Shown here: positions 34,335 through 44,640 of the stretch, piece by piece
How positions within the stretch are numbered: the first letter of the stretch is position 1
How the letters are laid out: every line of letters begins with the position of its first letter
DNA from: Vectrevirus PDP21P6
Length of the DNA: 44,789 nt
Sequence record: OZ035822.1
Direction: 5' to 3' (one strand)
Notes under the pieces: generated by a model
The model's database searches: none
What the model saw: only the letters and a program-made list of their open reading frames with translations
What the model was told of the DNA's origin: nothing
Position numbers and translations under genes: made by a program

Positions 34335-36736
34335 TGGAAGTACAAGGTTCATTAGGTAGACAAATCCAAGGGATTAGCCAGCAGCCGCCAGCGGTACGCT
34401 TGGATGGTCAGTGCACAGCTATGATTAATATGATACCTGATGTAGTGAATGGTACTCAATCACGCATGGGTACAACTCATATTGCAAAGATACTTGATGC
34501 GGGGGCTGATGACATGGCTACTCATCATTATCGCAGAGGTGATGGTGATGAAGAGTATTTCTTCACGTTGAAGAAAGGACAAGTTCCTGAGATATTTGAT
34601 AAGTATGGGCGCAAATGTAATGTGACTTCACAAGATGCACCTATGACTTACTTAACTGAAGTAGTCAACCCAAGGGAAGATGTGCAATTTATGACTATTG
34701 CAGATGTAACCTTTATGCTTAATCGAAGAAAGGTAGTTAAAGCTCGTACTGATAAATCACCAAAGGTTGGAAATAAGGCGATTGTCTTCTGCGCCTATGG
34801 CCAATATGGGACTACTTATAAAATTATAATTGATGGCAATGTAGCAGCTACACGTACCACCCCTGACGGTGGTGAAGCGGGTCAAGTTGTAAATATAAGA
34901 ACAGAAGACATTACAAACCACCTTTATGATAGTTTACAGCAATGGAGTGGTATTAATGCCTACAACATCCAGAAAGATGGAACAAGTATCTTTATTGAAA
35001 AGAAAGATGGTAGCTCTTTTAATATTACTACAGAAGATGGTGCAAAAGGTAAGGACTTAGTAGCCATAAAGAACCGTGTAGCCTCTACCGACCTTCTACC
35101 CTCCCGTGCACCTGAAGGTTACAAAGTGCAAGTATGGCCTACTGGAAGTAAACCGGAGTCACGTTATTGGCTGGAAGCAGAGCCAAAAGAGGGGAATTTA
35201 GTATCATGGCAAGAGACAGTAGCGGCGGATGTTTTACTTGGCTTTGATAAAGGGACCATGCCGTATATTATTGAGCGTACAGGTATCATTGATGGTATTG
35301 CTCAATTTAAGATTAGGCAGGGTGATTGGGAAGACCGCAAGGTGGGGGATGACCTCACTAACCCTATGCCGTCTTTCATTGATGAAGAAGTTCCTCAGAC
35401 AATTGGCGGAATGTTCATGGTGCAGAACCGTTTATGCTTTACAGCAGGTGAAGCTGTCATTGCATCACGCACTTCCTACTTCTTTGATTTCTTTCGTTAT
35501 ACGGTTATCTCTGCATTGGCAACTGACCCATTTGATATTTTCTCAGATGCTAGTGAAGTCTACCAGCTAAAACATGCAGTGACCTTAGATGGCGCTACCG
35601 TGTTGTTCTCTGATAAGTCACAATTCATACTGCCAGGCGATAAGCCTTTAGAGAAGTCAAATGCACTGCTTAAGCCTGTTACAACATTTGAAGTGAACAA
35701 TAAAGTGAAGCCAGTAGTAACTGGTGAATCGGTAATGTTTGCCACTAATGATGGTTCTTACTCTGGTGTACGAGAGTTCTATACAGACTCTTATAGTGAC
35801 ACTAAGAAGGCACAAGCAATCACAAGTCATGTGAATAAACTCATCGAAGGTAACATTACCAACATGGCAGCAAGCACCAATGTCAACAGGTTACTTGTCA
35901 CTACCGATAAGTATCGTAACATAATCTACTGCTACGATTGGTTATGGCAAGGCACAGATCGTGTACAATCAGCATGGCATGTATGGGAGTGGCCTATGGG
36001 TACAAAGGTGCGCGGTATGTTTTACTCTGGTGAATTACTTTATCTACTCCTTGAGCGAGGTGGTGGCGTCTATCTGGAGAAGATGGACATGGGGGATGCA
36101 CTGACCTATGGTTTGAATGACCGCATCCGAATGGATAGGCAAGCAGAGTTGATCTTCAAGCATTTTAAAGCAGAAGATGAGTGGAGATCTGAACCACTTC
36201 CTTGGACTCCTACTAACCCAGAACTTTTGGATTGCATCTTAATAGAAGGGTGGGATTCATATATTGGAGGTTCTTTCCTATTCAAATATAACCCTAGTGA
36301 TAATACCTTGTCTACAACCTTTGATATGTATGATGATGACCGCGTAAAAGCGAAGGTTATTGTTGGGCAGATTTACCCTCAAGAGTTTGAACCTACACCT
36401 GTAGTCATTAGAGACAGGCAAGACCGTGTATCCTATATTGATGTACCTGTTGTGGGATTAGTTCACCTTAATCTTGATATGTATCCTGATTTCTCCGTGG
36501 AGGTTAAGAATGTGAAGAGTGGTAAAGTACGCAAGGTGCTAGCGTCAAACCGTATAGGTGGTGCTCTCAACAATACAGTAGGTTATGTTGAACCAAGAGA
36601 GGGTGTCTTCAGATTCCCACTGAGGGCTAAGAGTACGGATGCTGTTTATCGTATTATTGTAGAATCACCTCACACATTCCAGCTCCGCGATATTGAGTGG
36701 GAAGGGAGCTACAATCCAACCAAAAGGAGGGTCTAA
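34334..36736 (+). CDS. tail tubular protein B (gp12-like)
   Basis: 800 aa, start overlaps gp11 stop (TAATG). Confidence 0.85.
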   Translation: MEVQGSLGRQIQGISQQPPAVRLDGQCTAMINMIPDVVNGTQSRMGTTHIAKILDAGADDMATHHYRRGDGDEEYFFTLKKGQVPEIFDKYGRKCNVTSQDAPMTYLTEVVNPREDVQFMTIADVTFMLNRRKVVKARTDKSPKVGNKAIVFCAYGQYGTTYKIIIDGNVAATRTTPDGGEAGQVVNIRTEDITNHLYDSLQQWSGINAYNIQKDGTSIFIEKKDGSSFNITTEDGAKGKDLVAIKNRVASTDLLPSRAPEGYKVQVWPTGSKPESRYWLEAEPKEGNLVSWQETVAADVLLGFDKGTMPYIIERTGIIDGIAQFKIRQGDWEDRKVGDDLTNPMPSFIDEEVPQTIGGMFMVQNRLCFTAGEAVIASRTSYFFDFFRYTVISALATDPFDIFSDASEVYQLKHAVTLDGATVLFSDKSQFILPGDKPLEKSNALLKPVTTFEVNNKVKPVVTGESVMFATNDGSYSGVREFYTDSYSDTKKAQAITSHVNKLIEGNITNMAASTNVNRLLVTTDKYRNIIYCYDWLWQGTDRVQSAWHVWEWPMGTKVRGMFYSGELLYLLLERGGGVYLEKMDMGDALTYGLNDRIRMDRQAELIFKHFKAEDEWRSEPLPWTPTNPELLDCILIEGWDSYIGGSFLFKYNPSDNTLSTTFDMYDDDRVKAKVIVGQIYPQEFEPTPVVIRDRQDRVSYIDVPVVGLVHLNLDMYPDFSVEVKNVKSGKVRKVLASNRIGGALNNTVGYVEPREGVFRFPLRAKSTDAVYRIIVESPHTFQLRDIEWEGSYNPTKRRV

Positions 36737-37458
36737 TGGCTATAGGTTCAGCCGTTATGGCTGGTATGTCTTCTATTGGTAGTATGTTTGCAGGTAGCGG
36801 TACAGCAGCCGCTGCTGGAGGTGCTGCCGCAGGTGGCGGAGGTTTGCTAGGTTCATTAGGTGGCTTCCTAAGCGGTTCCACTGCTGGCTTCTCTAATGCG
36901 GGTCTTCTTGGTGCTGGCCTTCAAGGGTTAGGATTGATTGGTGATCTCTTTGGTGGAAGTGATGAAGCCAAGGCCATGAAGAAAGCACAAGAAGAGCAAT
37001 GGCGGCAGCAGCTTATTGCTACACAAGAGGCGTACAAGACAGTGGCAGACGCAGAGCGTTCTGCTGCTAAACAATATCATGCAGATGCAATAAGCAATCA
37101 GGCTTCACTACTACAGCAGCGAGCACAGGTTGCATTACTAGCAGGTGCTACTGGTACTGGTGGTAACTCTGTATCTTCTATGCTGAATGACTTAGCAGCA
37201 GAGGGCGGGAGGAACCAGAGTACAATTATTGATAACTATGAGAATCAGAAGATTAACTTCACTAATCAGCTTAAGTCCATCCAGCGAGGTGGGCAGATGC
37301 AGATGCGTGAGTTTAAGAAACCTTCTGCTGTGAGCACCTTGGTTCAAGGTATCCCAAGTCTGGCTTCTGCTTATGTAACTGGTAGCAAGTCGGGTATGGC
37401 TTTAGGTAAAGCTCTAACGGATTCTCGTACATACTCATCTGGAACAAGAGGTATTTAA
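36736..37458 (+). CDS. internal virion protein (gp14-like)
   Basis: 240 aa, Gly/Ala-rich N-terminal region; start overlaps upstream stop. Confidence 0.6.
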   Translation: MAIGSAVMAGMSSIGSMFAGSGTAAAAGGAAAGGGGLLGSLGGFLSGSTAGFSNAGLLGAGLQGLGLIGDLFGGSDEAKAMKKAQEEQWRQQLIATQEAYKTVADAERSAAKQYHADAISNQASLLQQRAQVALLAGATGTGGNSVSSMLNDLAAEGGRNQSTIIDNYENQKINFTNQLKSIQRGGQMQMREFKKPSAVSTLVQGIPSLASAYVTGSKSGMALGKALTDSRTYSSGTRGI

Positions 37459-40406
37459 TGGCAATTGAGCGACAAGCAGTACAAGGTCTGCCACAAGTGC
37501 AGGCCACTTCTCCTAATGTCATGACCTTTGCACCTCAACAAGTGGGAGGTGTGGAGGCGGGCGTAGCTTCTACCTCCGGTAGTCGATTTATCGAAGACCT
37601 TATTCGAGCAGCCAGCAGTGTAGCTGATGTTACCACTGGTATCCTTAATCAGAAGATTGAGGAGGATAAGGTTGTTCAAATGGAACGGGCATATAATGGA
37701 TTAATGCCTTCTGAGGATGCAACTCGTGGTGGCGCTCGTGCTAACATGCTTGTCAAAGCTCAACTGCTAGCTAATGATGAAGCAGCACGAATGAAAGACA
37801 TGGCTACTCGTTTCCAAGGAACAGATGACGAGTGGACACAACTCATGGTTGACTCTCGTAATGAGATGCAGAATAAGCTGTTCCAGCAATACCCTGAGTT
37901 GCAAGGTGACAAAGATACTATGCGTATGGTCACTAATGTCTTCCAAGAACAGCAGCCTCAGATTTGGGCTACACGAACCCAGCATAAACTTGACCGTGAA
38001 CAAGCAGACCGTGAGGACACCTTTGACGGGCGAGTGGCTTCTACTTGGGATTCTAGTATTGACCCAGAGGCTTCTGGTTATGCCCTACAGGAGCGAATCC
38101 GCGAGGGGTTTACTCAAGGGCTATTACCTGAGCAGATGCATAAGAAGCTGGTAGAGCGAGCTATTTCACTTGCTCAGGGTGGTGATATTAGCATGGCTGA
38201 AGCCTTGAAGTACGTGAAGGACGATAAGGGTGTTTCTGTCTATGCTAAGAATCCGCAGCTTATCACAGCTATCACTAATGGTAATGCAGTTTGGGCTAGG
38301 AATAATGTTGCTGATGTGACTCGCATGTCTTTTGAAGTCAAAGAGTCCTATCTTGCAGGTGACTTGACGGATGAAGAATTACTGGAGCGAGCACAGCACA
38401 TTAATAGCCTGACAGGGAACTCTGTCTTCTCTAATCCAGAACTAGAAGCACTGATGCGACAACGAGCTAAGCAGAATGCAGAGCTAGGTGCAATGCAGGA
38501 TATGCGACGTGAACTTTACTCTGATCGCATGACTGGCTTCCAAGGTAAGACAGATAAAGAGAAGAAAGCTTACGTTGACGTTATCAAACAAGATAGCCAA
38601 CTTTATGCAGACCAGCAAATCAAACAACGTGGCTTGGACCCTTACAGTCAAGAGGCTGAAGCTATTCGTGGTGCAGTGGAAGTGCAGCGCCTGCAATTCA
38701 TGAACTCCAAAGGCTTAGTGGATGATACCTTTGAGTCTCGTATCAAAGCCATGGAGTCTATGCTATCGCCTGAGCACTTTGCCAGTGGCGAACCACAGGA
38801 GTTAATGACTATTCGTCAGTTGTGGGAACAGTTACCAGAAGAAAGCCGAGGTGTCTTTGGTGATACGGTGAATGGCTATATGGATAACTACAACACTGCA
38901 TTACAAATGGGAGAGACGCCTTTGCAGGCTGCAAGGTTTGCCCGTGAAGCACAGCAGAAATTCTCTCGTACTGAGAAAGAAACCAAGAAGTTCAACTCAG
39001 CTATTGGAGATGCACTGGATGAGGTATCGGGTGCTGGCTGGTTTGATGGTAAAACCGAAGTGTCTGACTTAGGTAAAGCTATTGCAGAAGAAGAGTTACG
39101 AGCTAAGGCCAATATGCTGTGGTCTAGCGGTATGCGTAACATGGATTCCATCAAGAAGGCTTTAATTACTTGGGGCAATAAACGCTACACTCAATCAGAG
39201 GATGCAAAGACTTCCGGTGGTTATTTCATTAAAGGTGATTACACTTCTGCATCTGACATGCTTATGTCTGTTGGGAAAGGTGTAAACCCTACCGATGTAC
39301 CTCTGGCGCTTGGTAGGTATGTAGAAACACAAATGCCAGAATTGAAGAAGGAACTTCAAGAGTGGGAAACTAAGGATGATGTATACATTGATTACAATGA
39401 ACAGAAAGGTACTTTCGTGATTCGTGCTGGTGCAGCAGGTCGCCCTCTTTCTGGAGTAATCCCTGTCACCTCTTTAGATACCACTTCACTGCTAGACTCT
39501 GCCTATCAGAAGAAAGTAGAAGAACGAGATAAAGGTGAATATGTTCACCCATATCGTACAGATATCGGTACACAAGAACCTATGCCAGCTAAGCCAACTG
39601 CCAAGGATATTGGTAAATTTGGACTAGCTAATTTCCTCATGTCTTCTGCCTTTGCTTCTGGTGAGAATCTACCTTCTAACTTCGAGATTAACTATAGAGG
39701 CAATATGCAACAATTCTATGACAAGCTAGCTATGGATGAGAATAAAGATAAAGTTGGCTTTAATAAGGCAACTGGAACCTTTACTCCATATAAAGACGCT
39801 CGCGGTGAGTCTATCGGTTACGGTCATTTCTTAACGGAAGAAGAGAAGCGAAACGGGTATATTAAGATTGGTGATGAACTAGTTCCCTATCGAGGGTCTA
39901 TGTCTCAGCTTACAGAGAGCAAGGCTCGCGCTCTTATGGAGCAAGATGCTAAGAAGCATGTGCCTCCTACTCGTGACTGGAAGATTCCGTTTGACCAGAT
40001 GCATCCTGCACAGCAACGTGGCTTGATGGATTTAACCTACAATTTAGGTAAAGGTGGAATCCAGAACTCACCGCGTGCTCTTGCTGCATTCAAAGCTGGT
40101 AAGCTTACGGAAGGCTTTATCGAAATGCTGGGCACTGCATCAAGTGAAGGTAAGCGTATTCCTGGCCTACTGAAGCGACGCGCTGAGGCATACAATATGG
40201 CATCTGCTGGTGGTGTGCCTAAGATTACCGAAGTGGAGACTCGTGAAGATGGCTCCATGTGGGTTAGGTTTGGTGGACCTATGCCAGCAGGTTCTGTCTC
40301 GGCATGGACTCATAAACGTATTGGCGAGGATGGTTGGTATCAGGTTTATGAGTCTGCACCTACCAAGTTAGCTAAAGGTTCTAAGGTAGGTAAAGTTAAG
40401 TTGTAG
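37458..40406 (+). CDS. internal virion protein (gp15-like) with C-terminal GH24-like lysozyme domain
   Basis: 982 aa; C-terminal segment YKDARGESIGYGHFLT ... LMDLTYNLGKGG ... GLLKRRAEAYN resembles T4-type lysozyme. Confidence 0.8.
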   Translation: MAIERQAVQGLPQVQATSPNVMTFAPQQVGGVEAGVASTSGSRFIEDLIRAASSVADVTTGILNQKIEEDKVVQMERAYNGLMPSEDATRGGARANMLVKAQLLANDEAARMKDMATRFQGTDDEWTQLMVDSRNEMQNKLFQQYPELQGDKDTMRMVTNVFQEQQPQIWATRTQHKLDREQADREDTFDGRVASTWDSSIDPEASGYALQERIREGFTQGLLPEQMHKKLVERAISLAQGGDISMAEALKYVKDDKGVSVYAKNPQLITAITNGNAVWARNNVADVTRMSFEVKESYLAGDLTDEELLERAQHINSLTGNSVFSNPELEALMRQRAKQNAELGAMQDMRRELYSDRMTGFQGKTDKEKKAYVDVIKQDSQLYADQQIKQRGLDPYSQEAEAIRGAVEVQRLQFMNSKGLVDDTFESRIKAMESMLSPEHFASGEPQELMTIRQLWEQLPEESRGVFGDTVNGYMDNYNTALQMGETPLQAARFAREAQQKFSRTEKETKKFNSAIGDALDEVSGAGWFDGKTEVSDLGKAIAEEELRAKANMLWSSGMRNMDSIKKALITWGNKRYTQSEDAKTSGGYFIKGDYTSASDMLMSVGKGVNPTDVPLALGRYVETQMPELKKELQEWETKDDVYIDYNEQKGTFVIRAGAAGRPLSGVIPVTSLDTTSLLDSAYQKKVEERDKGEYVHPYRTDIGTQEPMPAKPTAKDIGKFGLANFLMSSAFASGENLPSNFEINYRGNMQQFYDKLAMDENKDKVGFNKATGTFTPYKDARGESIGYGHFLTEEEKRNGYIKIGDELVPYRGSMSQLTESKARALMEQDAKKHVPPTRDWKIPFDQMHPAQQRGLMDLTYNLGKGGIQNSPRALAAFKAGKLTEGFIEMLGTASSEGKRIPGLLKRRAEAYNMASAGGVPKITEVETREDGSMWVRFGGPMPAGSVSAWTHKRIGEDGWYQVYESAPTKLAKGSKVGKVKL

Positions 40407-40417
40407 TACCTAACTCA

Positions 40418-40446
40418 AGGCTTGTCTCACATGTGAGACAGGTCTT
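40418..40446 (+). terminator. terminator-like hairpin containing palindrome copy 6
   Basis: AAGGCTTGTCTCACATGTGAGACAGGTCTTT (core GTCTCACATGTGAGAC at 40424-40439). Confidence 0.5.
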
Positions 40447-40471
40447 TATGATAGGCACTATGGAGGGAATT

Positions 40472-43400
40472 ATGGAACAAGACATTAAGACTAATTGGGC
40501 TGGATATGTCCAGTCTACTCCTGAGCCGTTTTCTATTGAGGCGGCTCCGGTATCGGCTCCTACGATACGCCAGCGTAATGAGTTACAAGAGCAAGTTCTT
40601 GAAGCTAAAGCTGACGCTGATATCTTAGGTGCTGTAGGTGCTGCCTTCCAGAATGAGTGGTTGGCATTCGGAGGCAAGCGGTGGTATGACCGTGCCACTG
40701 CTGATTTCACACCTCAACCAGACTTTGAGATACAACCTGAGCAACGTGAAGCACTACGTTTCAAATATGGTACGGATATGATGCAGACAATCACTGAGGG
40801 TGTTCGTTCTGAGGATGAATTGAACTTCCGTATTCAGAATGCTGATGAAGACCTTGAGCGCAATAAGCGCATTGCTCAGGCTGGCTGGGTTGGCTCTGTG
40901 GCGACGATTGGCGCTGCTGTGCTTGACCCTGTGGGATGGGTTGCCTCTATTCCAACCGGTGGTGCCGCTAAAGTTGGACTCGTAGGCCGTGCTGTGCGTG
41001 GCGCTATCGCCGCTGGCGTAAGTAATGCCGCTATTGAATCCGTATTGGTCCAAGGTGACATGACTCGTGATTTAGATGACATTATGGTAGCACTAGGTTC
41101 CGGTATGGCTATGGGTGGCGTTATTGGCGCTGTAGCGCGTGGTAGGGCCGCTAAGCTCAGTGAGCAAGGTGATGACAGGGCTGCGAACGTTGTGCGCAGT
41201 GCAGACGCAGGGGACCGCTATGTGCGTGCTGTTGCTGATGATAGTATCGGTGCGATGCGTGTTAAGGGTGAAGAGGTACTCACTGAGGGTGCATTTGATA
41301 TCTCTAGCAAAGGTGAAGATTTGCTGAAAACCCTACAGCGGGAAGGTAATGCAATTGATATGACCCCTCGCCGCTGGGCCGGAACTCTGTCTGCCCTTGG
41401 TACTGTCGTACATTCCTCTCAGGATGCAAGTGTACGCGGCCTTGGTGCTCGCCTGTTTGAGTCTCCGCAAGGCTTAGGTATGCAGAAGGCCTCTGCTAGT
41501 CTCATGCAGAATACTAATTTGAACCGTCTGAAATCTGCTGATATGAACCGCTTCAATGATGGGTTTGATTTGTGGCTTAAAGAGAATAATATCAATCCAG
41601 TAGCAGGACATACCAACTCTCACTATGTGCAGCAATATAATGAGAAGGTATGGGAAGCTGTACGCATCGGTATGGATGAGTCTACGCCTAAGTCTATCCG
41701 TATGGCAGCAGAGGGTCAGCAAGCTATGTATCGTGAAGCATTAGCATTACGGAAGCGCTCTGGTGAAGCTGGTTTTGAAAACATTAAAGCGGATGATAAG
41801 TATATGCCTGATATCTTTGACACTATGAAAGCTCGCCGTCAATTTGATAGGATAGGAAAGGATATAGATAAAGAAGACATCATCGAACTTTTCTCTCGTG
41901 CCTACCAGAATGGCGCTCGTAAGATTCCAAAGGAAGCAGCAGATGAGATTGCACGAGCACAGGTAAATCGCGTTGCTGATGCTACCTTAACTGGAAATCT
42001 TAGTTTTGAAAAGGCAATGTCAGGTCAGACTAAGGCAGAGTATGAAGCTATCATGCGTAAGGCAGGCTTCAGTGATGAAGAAATTGAAAAGATGGTAGAA
42101 GCTCTGGATAACAAAGAAACCAGAGATAACATCTCTAACCGAGCTAAAATGAGTTTAGGATTAGATGTTACTCAAGAGTACAATGGCATTCGTATGCGTG
42201 ACTTCATGAATACCAACGTGGAAGAGCTAACAGATAACTATATGAAGGAAGCAGCAGGTGGCGCTGCATTGGCTCGCCAAGGCTTCTCTACCTATCAGGC
42301 TGCACTTAATGCAATTGACCTTGTAGAGCGAAATGCACGAAACGCGGCTAATGGTAGCAAGGCTAGTTTGGCATTAGATGAAGAGATTCGTCAGATGCGA
42401 GAAGGTCTTCGCCTGATTATGGGCAAGTCGATTGATGCAGACCCACAAGCTATATCTACTAAGATGATGCGTCGTGGTCGTGATATCACAGGTGTGCTTC
42501 GCTTAGGTCAGATGGGCTTCGCACAGCTAGGTGAACTTGCTAACTTCATGGGTGAGTTTGGTATTGCTGCCACCACTATGGCTTTAGGTAAGCAATTCCG
42601 CTTCACCTCTAAGGCGTTGCGTAATGGCGATGGCTTCTTTCGAGATAAGAATTTAGCTGAGGTTGAGCGAATGGTAGGTTACATCGGTGAGGATAACTGG
42701 CTAACAACTAAGGGTGCACGTCCTGATGAATTTGGTGATGTAACCACAGTAAGAGGGATGATGGCTCACTTCGACCAATCCATGAACTCAATACGTCGTG
42801 CTCAAACCAACCTATCACTCTTCCGCATGGCACAGGGTTCTCTGGAGCGAATGACCAATAGGCAAATAGCTTTGTCTTTCATTGACCACCTTGAAGGCAA
42901 GAAGATTATTCCTCAGAAGAAACTGGAGGAACTTGGTCTTACTCAGGAGTTCATGACTAATCTACAGAAGCACTATGATGCTAACTCTAAAGGTTCTGGC
43001 TTGCTTGGCTTTGATACAATGCCTTATGCCATGGGTGAAACTTTAGCTAATGCTATTCGTCGTAAGTCAGGTCTAATTATCCAACGTAACTTCATTGGTG
43101 ATGAAGGTGTCTGGATGAACAAAGCACTAGGTAAGACATTTGCACAGCTTAAGTCATTCTCTCTTGTATCTGGTGAGAAGCAATTTGGTCGAGGGATTCG
43201 CCACGATAAAATTGGTCTTGCTAAGAAGACAGCTTACGGGTTTGCTTTGGGTTCAATAGTGTATGCGGCAAAAGCCTATGTGAACTCTATTGGGCGAGAA
43301 GACCAAGATGAATATCTGGAAGAGAAACTATCCCCTAAAGGGTTGGCTTTTGGCGCTATGGGTATGATGAGTACAACTGCTGTGTTTAGCTTAGGTGGAG

Positions 43401-43669
43401 ACTTCTTAGGCGGCCTAGGTGTTCTCCCTTCTGAGTTAGTACAATCCCGTTATGAGGCTGGCTTTCAGACTAAGGGTTTGATAGACCAAATACCACTAGT
43501 AGGTGTTGGTCAAGATGCATATCGTTTAGCAGATTCTATAACTAAATATGCAGAGGGTGATACAGAAGGTGTAGATGTGGCACGTAGGGCTTTACGCTTA
43601 GTGCCTCTAACTAATGTAATAGGAATCCAGAACGCACTGCGTTATGGCTTAGATGAACTGGAGGATTGA
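40472..43669 (+). CDS. internal virion protein (gp16-like)
   Basis: ATG 40472 with GGAGGG RBS; 1065 aa with Gly/Ala-rich segments; T7 gene 16 position. Confidence 0.75.
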   Translation: MEQDIKTNWAGYVQSTPEPFSIEAAPVSAPTIRQRNELQEQVLEAKADADILGAVGAAFQNEWLAFGGKRWYDRATADFTPQPDFEIQPEQREALRFKYGTDMMQTITEGVRSEDELNFRIQNADEDLERNKRIAQAGWVGSVATIGAAVLDPVGWVASIPTGGAAKVGLVGRAVRGAIAAGVSNAAIESVLVQGDMTRDLDDIMVALGSGMAMGGVIGAVARGRAAKLSEQGDDRAANVVRSADAGDRYVRAVADDSIGAMRVKGEEVLTEGAFDISSKGEDLLKTLQREGNAIDMTPRRWAGTLSALGTVVHSSQDASVRGLGARLFESPQGLGMQKASASLMQNTNLNRLKSADMNRFNDGFDLWLKENNINPVAGHTNSHYVQQYNEKVWEAVRIGMDESTPKSIRMAAEGQQAMYREALALRKRSGEAGFENIKADDKYMPDIFDTMKARRQFDRIGKDIDKEDIIELFSRAYQNGARKIPKEAADEIARAQVNRVADATLTGNLSFEKAMSGQTKAEYEAIMRKAGFSDEEIEKMVEALDNKETRDNISNRAKMSLGLDVTQEYNGIRMRDFMNTNVEELTDNYMKEAAGGAALARQGFSTYQAALNAIDLVERNARNAANGSKASLALDEEIRQMREGLRLIMGKSIDADPQAISTKMMRRGRDITGVLRLGQMGFAQLGELANFMGEFGIAATTMALGKQFRFTSKALRNGDGFFRDKNLAEVERMVGYIGEDNWLTTKGARPDEFGDVTTVRGMMAHFDQSMNSIRRAQTNLSLFRMAQGSLERMTNRQIALSFIDHLEGKKIIPQKKLEELGLTQEFMTNLQKHYDANSKGSGLLGFDTMPYAMGETLANAIRRKSGLIIQRNFIGDEGVWMNKALGKTFAQLKSFSLVSGEKQFGRGIRHDKIGLAKKTAYGFALGSIVYAAKAYVNSIGREDQDEYLEEKLSPKGLAFGAMGMMSTTAVFSLGGDFLGGLGVLPSELVQSRYEAGFQTKGLIDQIPLVGVGQDAYRLADSITKYAEGDTEGVDVARRALRLVPLTNVIGIQNALRYGLDELED

Positions 43670-44631
43670 TGAGTTATACTTTCACAGAACATATAGCCAA
43701 CGGTACGCAAGTAACCTATCCCTTTAGATTTGCTGGCAGGGATAAAGGCTATCTTCGTGCCTCAGATGTGATAGTGGAATCTCTTCAAGGTAACACTTGG
43801 ATTGAGGTTACATCTGGCTGGCAATTAACTGGTACGCATCAAATCACTTTTGATGTAGCACCTGTTGCAGGTTTGAAGTTCCGTATTCGAAGGGAAGTAC
43901 AAAAGGAATATCCATACGCTGAGTTTGACCGTGGTGTTACCTTGGATATGAAGTCTTTAAATGGCTCTTTCATTCATATACTGGAGATTACACAGGAGTT
44001 ACTTGACGGGTTTTATCCAGAAGGATACTTCATTAAACAGAATGTAAGCTGGGGCGGCAATAAGATTACTGATTTGGCTGATGGCACAAATCCGGGAGAT
44101 GCAGTAAATAAAGGGCAGCTTGATGCCATTGACAAGAAGCATACAGATTGGAACACCAAACAGGATATTGAGATTGCTGGCCTTAAAGCAGGTATGACTT
44201 CTGGTATTGCGCACAGAACTATCCCTTGGTACACGATCGCCCAAGGAGGTGAGGTTTCCGTAAAACCTCCTTATGAATTTCAAGATGCACTAGTTTTCCT
44301 TAATGGGGTCTTGCAACACCAAATCGTAGGCGCATACTCTATAAGCAGCAACACTATCACTTTCGCAGAGCCACTTGTGGCTGGCACAGAGGTGTATGTG
44401 CTGATTGGCAGTCGTGTGGCTACATCTGAACCTAATATTCAGTTAGAGTTGAACTTTGACTTAGTAGAAGGCCAACAAGTAGTACAGATTGGCTCTGCAT
44501 TTAAGTACATTGAGGTCTACCTTGATGGATTATTACAACCTAAACTTGCTTATCAGGTAGACGGTGACATTGTTACTTTCTCAGAAAGAGTACCAGAATG
44601 CCGGATGACTGCTAAGATTATCACAGCATAA
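43669..44631 (+). CDS. tail fiber adaptor protein (T7 gp17 N-terminal domain-like)
   Basis: 320 aa; N-terminal region matches the pattern of the T7 gp17 tail-attachment domain; no receptor-binding domain. Confidence 0.7.
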   Translation: MSYTFTEHIANGTQVTYPFRFAGRDKGYLRASDVIVESLQGNTWIEVTSGWQLTGTHQITFDVAPVAGLKFRIRREVQKEYPYAEFDRGVTLDMKSLNGSFIHILEITQELLDGFYPEGYFIKQNVSWGGNKITDLADGTNPGDAVNKGQLDAIDKKHTDWNTKQDIEIAGLKAGMTSGIAHRTIPWYTIAQGGEVSVKPPYEFQDALVFLNGVLQHQIVGAYSISSNTITFAEPLVAGTEVYVLIGSRVATSEPNIQLELNFDLVEGQQVVQIGSAFKYIEVYLDGLLQPKLAYQVDGDIVTFSERVPECRMTAKIITA

Positions 44632-44640
44632 GGAGGTGGG

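Noticed and set aside
35229-35570. 113-aa alternative-frame ORF inside tail tubular protein B gene
   Set aside because: Embedded in another frame of a well-supported structural gene; no RBS.
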